Positions 16,925 to 25,953 of a stretch of 55,527 nucleotides of DNA are shown one piece after another. Source of the stretch: a virus (lineage: Duplodnaviria > Caudoviricetes); IMG/VR virus record IMGVR_UViG_3300006929_000018, positions 1-55,527 of that record. One strand, 5' to 3'. Each line of letters begins with the position of its first letter. Positions within the stretch are counted from its first letter, which is position 1. A model generated the notes under the pieces. It ran no database searches, was not told where the DNA came from, and was given only the letters and a program-made list of their open reading frames with translations. Made by a program: the position numbers and the translations under genes.

Positions 16925-17179
16925 AGAATTTTTTTTATTATATATACTATCTTTAATTTTTTTTATATCAGCACATTTTTCGTATTCTTCAGTTTCTATG
17001 AAGTGATTTATTATATCATCATATATATCTTCTTCTATTTCATCTTTTTCACTATAAGGTTCAAATGGTAATGCACAACCATTATAGTCTAATAAATCTT
17101 CTATAGATAATTTTCCCATAAGTAAATAATATGCATTTTTATATACATCTTTAAATATTATGTTTTTATCTGAAGACAT
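16922..17179 (-). CDS. UVR (UvrB/C) motif-like small protein
   Basis: HFIETEEYEKCADIKK. Confidence 0.6.
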   Translation of the reverse strand: MSSDKNIIFKDVYKNAYYLLMGKLSIEDLLDYNGCALPFEPYSEKDEIEEDIYDDIINHFIETEEYEKCADIKKIKDSIYNKKNS

Positions 17180-17790
17180 TACATTAAGTCCTTGCTTTCT
17201 AATAAAGTGTAAGAAAATGAATTACCCCATACTTCTCTAGCTGTTTGACATATATTGAGAAACGCATGCCAGTCATCATTAGAAGCAATTACTTGACATC
17301 CTGCTGACCATTTGTTAACATACGTAGATGTTTTACCTTCTAGAGCTGTAGCTCTATGTATATTTATACCGAACACACCTGTGTCACAAGTAGACTCATC
17401 AAATTCATATTTATCATTTCTGTTATTATCTCTATATACTGTTACAGGTTTCTTTTGTCCTAGAGCTAAATATTTACCACTATGTAATCTAAGTTTGTGT
17501 GAACCTCTATATTGTCCTGGTTTTAATACCGCGCAACCTATTTTATCTATCCAAGGGTTTTCCATCCAATCATCACCTGGGTCTGTAGTACATTCATATT
17601 CATGATATTTCCACTCACCGTTTTCATCTTTATAAGATATAGTCATTATATCATCAAACTTATTTGTAACCTTTCCATTAGTATCAGAGTTTCTAATACC
17701 AATAATATTTACATCATAATTGTCGTTAGTAAAGTATTTATATCCTTTTTCTAACATAGCCTTCTGAATTGACTCTCTGTAGTATTTCAT
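17179..17790 (-). CDS. probable endolysin with L,D-transpeptidase (YkuD)-like catalytic motif
   Basis: GINIHRA...WSAGCQV His/Cys motif; next to the holin. Start moved to the ATG at 17790. Confidence 0.65.
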   Translation of the reverse strand: MKYYRESIQKAMLEKGYKYFTNDNYDVNIIGIRNSDTNGKVTNKFDDIMTISYKDENGEWKYHEYECTTDPGDDWMENPWIDKIGCAVLKPGQYRGSHKLRLHSGKYLALGQKKPVTVYRDNNRNDKYEFDESTCDTGVFGINIHRATALEGKTSTYVNKWSAGCQVIASNDDWHAFLNICQTAREVWGNSFSYTLLESKDLM

Positions 17791-17791
17791 T

Positions 17792-18184
17792 TTACTTTTT
17801 TGTTTTTTCAAGTGAACGACCTCCAAAATAAGCTCCAATCACTGTAATTAATACTAATTGCAATAAATCTGTCCATTTTGCTTCAACTACAAAGTTAATA
17901 ATTCCCGCGTCTATAAAGATTAATAATACTGTTGATATTACTAAAAATATTAACACTAATGGTCTAACATTTTTACTTAACCAAGAATCAGATTTCATAT
18001 CCGCTTCCCATCTTGTAGATATTTCTTTTTCTAAACTAGTTTGATACGAAGCAATTAATTCTTTTATCTTTTGTTCTGCCTCTAACTTTTCTTCTTTTGA
18101 AGTATGTAAGTTGTCTATGACTCCACCTACACCCTCTACTAAATCTTTAGCTCCACCGCTAAATATTGTTCCTAATATACTCAT
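17792..18184 (-). CDS. holin (GTA 3TM-type)
   Basis: RWEADMKSDSWLSKNVRP plus TM helices plus YFGGRSLEK. Confidence 0.85.
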   Translation of the reverse strand: MSILGTIFSGGAKDLVEGVGGVIDNLHTSKEEKLEAEQKIKELIASYQTSLEKEISTRWEADMKSDSWLSKNVRPLVLIFLVISTVLLIFIDAGIINFVVEAKWTDLLQLVLITVIGAYFGGRSLEKTKK

Positions 18185-18201
18185 AATTTTATTTTTTGTT
18201 A

Positions 18202-18954
18202 TTAATAGTTCTGTTGATTATTATTTTCTGTATTATCAGTTATTGAACTTATTGGCAAAGGTAAATTTGGTCCAGGTATGTTTCCTGACGGGTCAGCTGG
18301 GTCTGGACTTAAACCTTCACAACCACTTTGTAAACATTCTGCTTTAGTTAAATATTGTCCAGTTGAACCCTGTATTTGTATACATTGATATCCAAATTTA
18401 GGATGGTCTCCTATCATAGCACAGTCCCAACTAGTTTTTACTGATGTATTTGGAAATGAACCACTACAACATGGTCCTTTATATATTTGGTATCCTCCAG
18501 CTTGATTAAAACCAGGAAATCCTACATGATGCTGAATTTGTGATACCTGAGAAAAATACCCTCTATATACTACACACATTTTATCTACAGCTTTAACAAA
18601 ACCCCAATTACACATCGCACCTCCCGTAGCGGTTGCGTCTAATACTATCTCTTGTCCATTTGTCAATTGTGTTTGCCCAACACTAGCACAAACTAAATCA
18701 TAAAAAGCTTGATTTTGACCTACTGATGTAGCAGGATAACTAGCATTCATAGGATGTCCCATAATCCAAAAACTTCTAGGCCATGTAGCGTTATCTCCAC
18801 ATGTCCAATCTGTTTGATTCCAGGTCATATATGTTGGGGGAGACATTTGTGTATTTATCCCTGCAACCGCGCATATACACCATTGGTGATAAGGTGGTAA
18901 AGGAGCTACCATTGTTTTTGTTAATTCATGACTATCTAATTCATTTACTGCCAT
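18202..18954 (-). CDS. Cys-rich hypothetical protein
   Basis: 250 aa, many Cys, Pro-rich tail. Confidence 0.65.
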   Translation of the reverse strand: MAVNELDSHELTKTMVAPLPPYHQWCICAVAGINTQMSPPTYMTWNQTDWTCGDNATWPRSFWIMGHPMNASYPATSVGQNQAFYDLVCASVGQTQLTNGQEIVLDATATGGAMCNWGFVKAVDKMCVVYRGYFSQVSQIQHHVGFPGFNQAGGYQIYKGPCCSGSFPNTSVKTSWDCAMIGDHPKFGYQCIQIQGSTGQYLTKAECLQSGCEGLSPDPADPSGNIPGPNLPLPISSITDNTENNNQQNY

Positions 18955-18959
18955 AACTT

Positions 18960-19124
18960 TTATTTTTTATATGGAAACATTTTATTTAACTTTTCTTTTC
19001 TTTTATTACACCCACAATCAGAATCTACACTTATAATTTTAACAAGTTTTTCTACACCACTTTTTGTAATTATCTTTTGTAATGTATCTCCTAATCCTTT
19101 TGATTTATTATCTTTTTCCTCCAT
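18960..19124 (-). CDS. small phage protein (SKGLGDT...CGC..RKEKLN)
   Basis: Manual translation, 54 aa. Confidence 0.6.
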   Translation of the reverse strand: MEEKDNKSKGLGDTLQKIITKSGVEKLVKIISVDSDCGCNKRKEKLNKMFPYKK

Positions 19125-19476
19125 GATATTCTACTGCGTGTCCTTCGTTAATTAATAATTCGTTCAAATTTACTAAGGTTAATTTCTCTTGTCCGTCTAC
19201 CATGTCTAACTGAATCTCTCCTAAACATCTACCAAACTTACCAACTCCATGAGAGTTTAAGGTTATATTTTTACATCCTTCTAGTAACTGCTTAACCCTA
19301 TCTTTAGCAGCTAATCCTTTAGCTTTTTCTTCTAAATCTTTAGTTCTAGATTCTGGAGTGTTAATACCTAAAAATCTAATTCTTTTTTTTACTTTGATGT
19401 CAAATCCTAAATCTATCTCTGCATCAATAGTGTCTCCATCTACAACCCTTAGTAGACTTATTTTATAATTATACAT
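19108..19476 (-). CDS. thermonuclease (SNase) family protein
   Basis: RVVDGDT, RFLGINTPE, GKFGRCLG, LINEGHA. Confidence 0.9.
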   Translation of the reverse strand: MYNYKISLLRVVDGDTIDAEIDLGFDIKVKKRIRFLGINTPESRTKDLEEKAKGLAAKDRVKQLLEGCKNITLNSHGVGKFGRCLGEIQLDMVDGQEKLTLVNLNELLINEGHAVEYHGGKR

Positions 19477-20510
19477 TATCTTATTATATAGTTAATACCT
19501 AATTTAAAATTGTACCATTCTCTATTCCAATACTTATTGTATTTTCCTTCTACAAACACACCTAGTTGTTTGTTTAGTTTTTTACCAAATATAGTTCCTC
19601 CTGAATAATCATACCATTGCCCTCCTATAAAATTATGATAAGCGTATTCGTTACCATTGTCATAATGATACGGCATTAAATTACCCCAAGAATGTAGCCA
19701 AAAATCTTTTTTATAATAATAATAGTCAAATCCCACTACTAAAGAATAATTCCAAATTCTATCTAATTCATTTCTTTTTCTTTCTGTGTAATCTGACAAT
19801 ACTTTTGGTATTACTATTTGTTCCCATACATCAGAAGATACAGCTACCAAATTTCCATCTGCGTTATAATACATTTGATGATATACATCTACATTATATC
19901 CTTCCTGTAACGCTAAGTAAGTGTAGTGTATATTACCATTATCTAATTTCCATTCTTCTAATGGGTCATATCCATAAGGTTCAGCTATTCTTTGTACAGC
20001 TCCTATATTAAACGATAGTTTGTTGTTATAGTTATATCTATACCTTTGAGAACCTTCAAAGTAATCTACATCAGCAAATCCATCTTTTAGATACTCTACC
20101 TTAGCGTTCCAATTATTTCCCACATATCTAATAAAATGATGTTGGTCTAAATATTCTACACCCTCTTGTCTTTTGTAATTAGCTTCAAACAAAAACTCTA
20201 ATCCTTTTATTTTTCCTATTGTTGCCGCGTCACTATAATTAGATTCGGTACCATCATAAAAAGTATTAGCTTTATTTTCATATCCAAATCTAGCTATTTT
20301 TCTAACACCTAAAGTTATATTGTAATCATAAGGAGTTTGTATCGTAGTAGTTGTCAATCCATCTGTCACAGAGAAAACATCTACATCTGATATAGACGTT
20401 CCTCCATTTATAGCTCCGTAAAAAGTAGAAAATTTAAAATATTTTTTTATATCAATTTCTTGTGATATGGAAAATAGAGGTAATAAAAGTAATATTATTA
20501 TTTTTTTCAT
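19476..20510 (-). CDS. putative outer-membrane beta-barrel protein
   Basis: Signal peptide ending SIS-Q, aromatic-rich amphipathic strands, terminal KLGINY strand. Confidence 0.6.
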   Translation of the reverse strand: MKKIIILLLLPLFSISQEIDIKKYFKFSTFYGAINGGTSISDVDVFSVTDGLTTTTIQTPYDYNITLGVRKIARFGYENKANTFYDGTESNYSDAATIGKIKGLEFLFEANYKRQEGVEYLDQHHFIRYVGNNWNAKVEYLKDGFADVDYFEGSQRYRYNYNNKLSFNIGAVQRIAEPYGYDPLEEWKLDNGNIHYTYLALQEGYNVDVYHQMYYNADGNLVAVSSDVWEQIVIPKVLSDYTERKRNELDRIWNYSLVVGFDYYYYKKDFWLHSWGNLMPYHYDNGNEYAYHNFIGGQWYDYSGGTIFGKKLNKQLGVFVEGKYNKYWNREWYNFKLGINYIIR

Positions 20511-22849
20511 CTTACAATTTTCTTTTCTACTGTTCCGTCATCATATATAAAAAACAGCATTTTATTTTTTTCTATTTTAGCTGGCCTACCCAATATATCT
20601 GTAATCATTAATAAGTTTGCTATACGTTTTGGTAAAGGTCCTACCCATGTTCCCTCACAATAATCATAAGTTAATTGACATATGTTATCCCAATCGTTTT
20701 CACAACAATATTCGTCTACATCAATTACCCAAGCGTAGCACGGGTCATTTAACCAATATGGTACACCTGGTCCTGTTATACATCCAGCGTCATAGAAACA
20801 TGAGTCTTCTATATTGACATTAGCTAATTCATTATACGAGTACGCATCTTGGTCCATACATCCTTCAACCACAGATATACACGAGCCATTATCAGTATTA
20901 GCTGTTGAATCATAATTAAAGGCAGCACTATCCATACAACCGTAAATATAAGGAATACAGCTAAAGTCTTCGGTATTAGCTTGTGGGTTAAAATTAAGCA
21001 TACTAGGGTCAGTACAACCGTAAATATAAGGAGTGCAACTATTATTGTCTGCATTGGCTAAAGGATTAAAGTTAAACATTGTAGAGTCCATACACCCATA
21101 AACAAAAGGCTCGCAACTTCCATTATCTATATTAGCTATAGGATTGTAATTAAACATTGTAACATCCATACACCCATAAACTATATCTACACAAGAACTA
21201 TCATCAACATTTGCGCTAGGAGAATAATTAAAAGCTGTACTGTCTGTGCATCCATAAATTGGTAATACACAAGAACCGTCATCAGTGTTAGCTGTAGAAT
21301 CGTAATTTAACGATACAGGATTCATACACCCCTCAATAATAGGAACACATGTAGAATCGTCTACATTTGCATTAGGATTGTAATTAAAAGCTAAAGGATT
21401 AGTACATCCATACACTATAGTTATACAAGAACCTGGTATTTCTACATTAGCTGAAGGATTATAATTTAACGATGTACTATCCATACATCCTAATACTATT
21501 AAAGTTTGACATGTGCCATCATCATAATCTGCTGTAGAATCATATTCTATATATAAAGGATTCATGCATCCAGGATTATAATAACAACTTCCATCGTCAG
21601 TATTAACAGAATCTATATAATTAACAGCTGTAGAATCTATACATCCATATGTTTTTTCTTCACACGTATTACCGCAATTTGTTATTATTTGATATGGTAA
21701 TAAAGGTTGTATAAATGGTGGTTGTATACTAATTAAAGTATCTCCTTCTGGGTTTATGAATGTAAATCCACACTCTATTGTAGTTAAACTAGCTTGCGAT
21801 GATATATGAAATCTAAATGTTATTGGGTCTGGAGCTGTTAGTCCTACATAATAAATATCCTCAAAACCTCCTGTATGTGTAAATTCATATAATGTATCTG
21901 GATGTATTAGTTTTAAATGTGACCCAACCCACCCATTGCCCATTAAATCGTGCAATACAAGGGTATAAACACAAGTGTCTATTAACTCCATAGTGTTAGC
22001 TGTACTATCATAATTATACATAGACGTATCAATACATCCAAATATTTTTAATGTTTGACAACTTCCATCATCTATATCTGCAAAAGGATTCCATTCTACA
22101 TAGTCATCATCTGTACACCCTAATATAGGTGGGCATGAATCAGAAACAAAAACATGTGCTGAGTCATTACCGAAAGCTGGGTCTGTACCATATACTAATG
22201 TATCATTACACTGTTTAACAAAATAAGAACCATCTTGTCCTTGCCATAACCCTCCGTTTAAACCATCTCCGTATGAATCATATATAGTAAATGTTAAATC
22301 TCCTTTAGGTATTTGAACTGGGATAACTACTGTAGCGTAATCAGGCTGTGAGTTGTAGTTTCCTCCTGAAGCATAAATTATCCCATTTGTGTCTTTTATA
22401 TCCCAAGATGTCTCACTTTGGTATTGGTCTAAGTTTATAATAACTTTAGCTGGAACTAATTGAACTGGTGGAGGTTGAGGCATACATTGCGGAACCACTC
22501 TATTATGTATTAATCCTGAGTTAAATGTACTTACAGGATAATTTATTATTGTATCTCCACATATACTAACATAATATTCTCCATTAGTTATACCATCACC
22601 ATAACTATCAAACATAACAAAAGATATATTAGTTATACTATCTGGAATATACACAGTATCAATATTCATTATATTAGACGAATCATAGTATCCATAAGGA
22701 ACATGATGTAATGTATCTCCCTGATAAACAGAATCATATAATACCCATTTAGTTTCACTAGGATACGAATCTGTTTGTATATTTATAATAACTTCTTTTT
22801 GAGCAAAAGTTATTATAGGTAATAGTAATATTAGTAATATTTTTTTCAT
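20507..22849 (-). CDS. secreted Cys-repeat protein with T9SS-like C-terminal domain
   Basis: Signal peptide TFA-Q, two DSYGDG domains, 13 GC.D..A.NY...AN.DDGSC-type repeats, C-terminus ITDILGR...IYDDGTVEKK. Confidence 0.75.
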   Translation of the reverse strand: MKKILLILLLPIITFAQKEVIINIQTDSYPSETKWVLYDSVYQGDTLHHVPYGYYDSSNIMNIDTVYIPDSITNISFVMFDSYGDGITNGEYYVSICGDTIINYPVSTFNSGLIHNRVVPQCMPQPPPVQLVPAKVIINLDQYQSETSWDIKDTNGIIYASGGNYNSQPDYATVVIPVQIPKGDLTFTIYDSYGDGLNGGLWQGQDGSYFVKQCNDTLVYGTDPAFGNDSAHVFVSDSCPPILGCTDDDYVEWNPFADIDDGSCQTLKIFGCIDTSMYNYDSTANTMELIDTCVYTLVLHDLMGNGWVGSHLKLIHPDTLYEFTHTGGFEDIYYVGLTAPDPITFRFHISSQASLTTIECGFTFINPEGDTLISIQPPFIQPLLPYQIITNCGNTCEEKTYGCIDSTAVNYIDSVNTDDGSCYYNPGCMNPLYIEYDSTADYDDGTCQTLIVLGCMDSTSLNYNPSANVEIPGSCITIVYGCTNPLAFNYNPNANVDDSTCVPIIEGCMNPVSLNYDSTANTDDGSCVLPIYGCTDSTAFNYSPSANVDDSSCVDIVYGCMDVTMFNYNPIANIDNGSCEPFVYGCMDSTMFNFNPLANADNNSCTPYIYGCTDPSMLNFNPQANTEDFSCIPYIYGCMDSAAFNYDSTANTDNGSCISVVEGCMDQDAYSYNELANVNIEDSCFYDAGCITGPGVPYWLNDPCYAWVIDVDEYCCENDWDNICQLTYDYCEGTWVGPLPKRIANLLMITDILGRPAKIEKNKMLFFIYDDGTVEKKIVR
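20798..21646 (-). repeat. 11 tandem ~26-aa Cys repeats (coding)
   Basis: From GCIDSTAVNY to NIEDSC in the 780-aa protein. Confidence 0.9.
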
Positions 22850-23007
22850 TAGTCGTGTTGTGGTCTTAATTTTATTTTACCTCCTTTACCAAACCCAGCT
22901 TTCATTTCTGCATAACTTTCTGGACTAATTGTACTCTTAGCTTTAGAACGTGATGTACCTGCTTTTTTTCTTTTATTAATATTGTAATATAATCCTTTTT
23001 TTGCCAT
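22849..23007 (-). CDS. small basic protein (MAKKGLYYNINKRKKAG..., 52 aa)
   Basis: Manual translation; TAATG coupling to the downstream gene. Confidence 0.6.
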   Translation of the reverse strand: MAKKGLYYNINKRKKAGTSRSKAKSTISPESYAEMKAGFGKGGKIKLRPQHD

Positions 23008-23009
23008 AA

Positions 23010-23363
23010 TTAAAAATCTTCCATTAATAATTCATCTATATATTCTTGTATCTCTTTTCTTGTCGCTTTTATAGCAAATGATATATCCGCTTGAAATCTT
23101 TTCATTTCCTCTCCATCTTTAAAAACAACTATTGTAGGTACTACAACTATTTCATATTTATTTTGAGCTTTAGTATTTTCAGCTATGTCTATATATTTTA
23201 TTTTATCTACATCAGTTAACTTTTTTAACCACGATACATCATTAGTACTATTCCAGCCAGCATTAAATTGTGTTACTGTTATTTGACTAAAAGATATATT
23301 TGTTAATAATACTAATAATATTATCAATAAATAAAGAGTAAATGTTTTTGGGTTTGCATTCAT
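23010..23363 (-). CDS. exported thioredoxin-fold protein lacking CxxC
   Basis: Signal peptide SFS-Q, FNAGWNSTN in place of WCxxC, VVPTIVVFKDG. Confidence 0.7.
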   Translation of the reverse strand: MNANPKTFTLYLLIILLVLLTNISFSQITVTQFNAGWNSTNDVSWLKKLTDVDKIKYIDIAENTKAQNKYEIVVVPTIVVFKDGEEMKRFQADISFAIKATRKEIQEYIDELLMEDF

Positions 23364-23647
23364 TATCTTAATTCGTCTATTTTAGCTTCTATTCTATCTA
23401 AGTCTTCTTTTAATTCCTCTACATCATCTGCGGTGTTTTCAATAGTTAACCTTATATTTTTATCCTTCATGTCAAACTCCATTCTTGTTACATCTGGCGG
23501 AGGAGGTACTGGAAGTTCTTTTGCTTCTTCTATATCTGCTTGTAAAGCAAACCATCCTCCTATAAGAGTAGCTATTAACGCAGCTATGCCTCCTAGTGTT
23601 TTAATACTAATTTTAAAACTCGTATCCTCGTTTAATTCTTTTGCCAT
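23363..23647 (-). CDS. TM + Pro linker + coiled-coil protein
   Basis: One TM helix, PVPPPP, C-terminal heptads. Confidence 0.65.
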   Translation of the reverse strand: MAKELNEDTSFKISIKTLGGIAALIATLIGGWFALQADIEEAKELPVPPPPDVTRMEFDMKDKNIRLTIENTADDVEELKEDLDRIEAKIDELR

Positions 23648-23648
23648 T

Positions 23649-23858
23649 TTAATTCCAAAAAATAATTTTACCTAATATTCCTAATATTACAGCCCATATA
23701 GACCATAATGCTTTTGTTGTGTTTTTTCTAAATGATGTATTTTTATTAACTTTAGAAATAGTTCCTACATCTGGGTCTAATAAACGTATTTTTATATCAC
23801 GTAAATCTTCTTTTACCTTTACTAATTCTTCGTGTATTTGTTTATTAGAAATTGACAT
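23649..23858 (-). CDS. small protein with C-terminal TM helix
   Basis: 69 aa. Confidence 0.6.
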   Translation of the reverse strand: MSISNKQIHEELVKVKEDLRDIKIRLLDPDVGTISKVNKNTSFRKNTTKALWSIWAVILGILGKIIFWN

Positions 23859-24028
23859 TATATTTCAAATCCAAAATTCAATACCATTATTCTAAATTTT
23901 TTTGAAGTACAACCTGCTTCACAAAACAAACAAGCTTTAATTTCTAAAACTGTTATTCTACCTAATCTAATAGATATTTCATATTTTTGTTTTTTGTTTC
24001 CTTTTGACCAACTGTTTATCCAATTCAT
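23858..24028 (-). CDS. hypothetical protein (56 aa)
   Basis: Manual translation MNWINSW...NFGFEI; TAATG coupling. Confidence 0.55.
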   Translation of the reverse strand: MNWINSWSKGNKKQKYEISIRLGRITVLEIKACLFCEAGCTSKKFRIMVLNFGFEI

Positions 24029-24044
24029 TTTATTTGTTTTTAAT

Positions 24045-24773
24045 TTATATATTATCTAAGTATGTTTGTAAATTATCTCTATCTCTAGATGATAAGGCGT
24101 TATTACATATTACTATTTCAGCAACTTCCATCGCATTCATAGGTTCACCTATTTTTTCCATAGTTAGTAATTCTGTAATGTCCTCTGTTCCGTCTCCCGT
24201 TCCAGATTGTGTTCCTGCAACACCATCTATATATATTTGTATTACTCCTTCTTGATTTCTTTCCCAGCTTATATTAAATATTTCATCATCTGATAATTCT
24301 TCTGGTAAATTAAAGTCATGTCTAGAACCATCTATTTTAACCCTAGCTTGTTCGGCAGTTTGTATTTTTAAGAAATTATTACCCGAAGCATCTTCCCATA
24401 TAAAATCACTCCAAGTTCCATCGGGAAATATACGCATAGTTACAGAAAATGAACCTAAATCTAGGGATGTTGTTAATCTTAAACTGTCTCCACCGTGGTC
24501 AAAAATTACACGTTTTGACGTCTGGTCTTGTTTAGGGTGCGTTGTATTATAACTAGCTGTTTGAGCGGGGGTTGAGGTATCTGTTAAATGATTATTACTT
24601 CCCGACTTATCTCTCCATTCAGAGACTACATGATTGTTTGCTGAACCACCGACAAAATATGTTGATATTCCTTCATCAAATTTATACCAAGCTATTAAAG
24701 ATGATATATCTGCAGGAGTCCAATCTGAAGAAGATGGTTTTGATGACGATAACATATTTACTAATCCTAACAT
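24045..24773 (-). CDS. LamG/concanavalin-like domain tail protein
   Basis: MLGL start, WTPADI..L.AWY, WRDKSG..NH, EIVICNNALS. Confidence 0.7.
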   Translation of the reverse strand: MLGLVNMLSSSKPSSSDWTPADISSLIAWYKFDEGISTYFVGGSANNHVVSEWRDKSGSNNHLTDTSTPAQTASYNTTHPKQDQTSKRVIFDHGGDSLRLTTSLDLGSFSVTMRIFPDGTWSDFIWEDASGNNFLKIQTAEQARVKIDGSRHDFNLPEELSDDEIFNISWERNQEGVIQIYIDGVAGTQSGTGDGTEDITELLTMEKIGEPMNAMEVAEIVICNNALSSRDRDNLQTYLDNI

Positions 24774-24785
24774 ATCTTAATCTGT

Positions 24786-25556
24786 TTATGGTTGTGATGT
24801 GTTATAAGTTACTGTTCCCTCTGTAGTCCCTGTAAAATTATTTCCACTACTATCTAAAAGGTTATTTTCAAACTGATAATACGCTATTAACCCGTTTGTT
24901 TTATAATCTGTTCTTGTTGGAGAACTAAAATAATTTGTTGATAAGTCTGCTAAAACTCCATCGTTATACATTGCTTGTATTTCTGATGAAACTTTTACTT
25001 GATTATACACAGCAAATTGGTCTATGTATCCATCATAAAATGCGCTGCTTACATCTTCATTAGTGCCTATTACACATCTATCCATCGTATCGCTACCCCA
25101 GTTGTTTGGTTGCGAAACTGTTTCCTGTAACACTGAATTATAATAAATTTTTACTTCTCCTGTGCCTGCTCCATCGCTTTCCCATGTTACTGCAAAATGG
25201 TTCCATCCTAAAGCCATATATTGTGCGTGTGTAATATTTGCTTCGTATGTAGCTTCCTTGTAAACATTCCCTAATCTATAAACAGCTCTAAATTGTGTGT
25301 GACCTTTATGATATTGTAGTGTTATACCGTTGTTTGTATCGTCATCTACAAATCTAAATATATTTTGATTGGCAGAAGCATTGTTTTCTCTCATGTTTAT
25401 CCAAACAGAAACTGTTCCTGAATTTGGATTTACCTGTTCTATAAATTCATCAGGCAAAACAACACCTGAGTCCGCTCCATTTAACTCTAAAGCTAAAGTA
25501 CTACTAAAAACTCCACTTTCAGTAGTAGGTGAAAGAACCCCGCCTAATCCCAACAT
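24786..25556 (-). CDS. LamG/concanavalin-like domain tail protein
   Basis: TVSVW, WNHFAVTW, GYIDQFAVYN, LIAYYQFE..LLDSSGN. Confidence 0.8.
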   Translation of the reverse strand: MLGLGGVLSPTTESGVFSSTLALELNGADSGVVLPDEFIEQVNPNSGTVSVWINMRENNASANQNIFRFVDDDTNNGITLQYHKGHTQFRAVYRLGNVYKEATYEANITHAQYMALGWNHFAVTWESDGAGTGEVKIYYNSVLQETVSQPNNWGSDTMDRCVIGTNEDVSSAFYDGYIDQFAVYNQVKVSSEIQAMYNDGVLADLSTNYFSSPTRTDYKTNGLIAYYQFENNLLDSSGNNFTGTTEGTVTYNTSQP

Positions 25557-25915
25557 TAGTCTCCTATATATGCGATTAACATTCCTGGTGTACCTATATT
25601 AACCGATGTCCATCTTCCAAATATTGTAACTCCTTTTGGAAAAGTATTACTTACATCTACTTGGTCACCACCAGTTCCAGATATTCTTGTAGCTGTAGCC
25701 GCGTCATGAGCCGCAGCTTGTGTTCCTATGTATTCAGAGGTACCATAATTTGTGTCAGCTACTAAGCCTCCTGAAGAGTCTAATGTAGTATCAGCTAAAA
25801 AGGTGATAGCTACAAATACTTTACCTGTAGGGGGAGTTATAGCTCCATCAGCATCTGTAAATACAGAACCTAACTGTCCAAAACTTTTTTTGTATAAATC
25901 ATCTATGTTTGCCAT
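25556..25915 (-). CDS. putative structural protein
   Basis: GQLGS and FPKGVTIFGRWT...IAYIG motifs. Confidence 0.6.
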   Translation of the reverse strand: MANIDDLYKKSFGQLGSVFTDADGAITPPTGKVFVAITFLADTTLDSSGGLVADTNYGTSEYIGTQAAAHDAATATRISGTGGDQVDVSNTFPKGVTIFGRWTSVNIGTPGMLIAYIGD

Positions 25916-25934
25916 TTTATTTAATTTAAATTAT

Positions 25935-25946
25935 TTTACAAAGATA
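25935..25946 (-). promoter_or_regulatory. -7 promoter element TATCTTTGTAAA
   Basis: TAnnTTTG in the gap upstream of 25915. Confidence 0.5.
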
Positions 25947-25953
25947 ATAAAAC

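Noticed and set aside
20798-21646. Diversity-generating retroelement or DNA-level repeat array
   Set aside because: The repeats are diverged at the DNA level and conserved as protein; no reverse transcriptase is present in the window.
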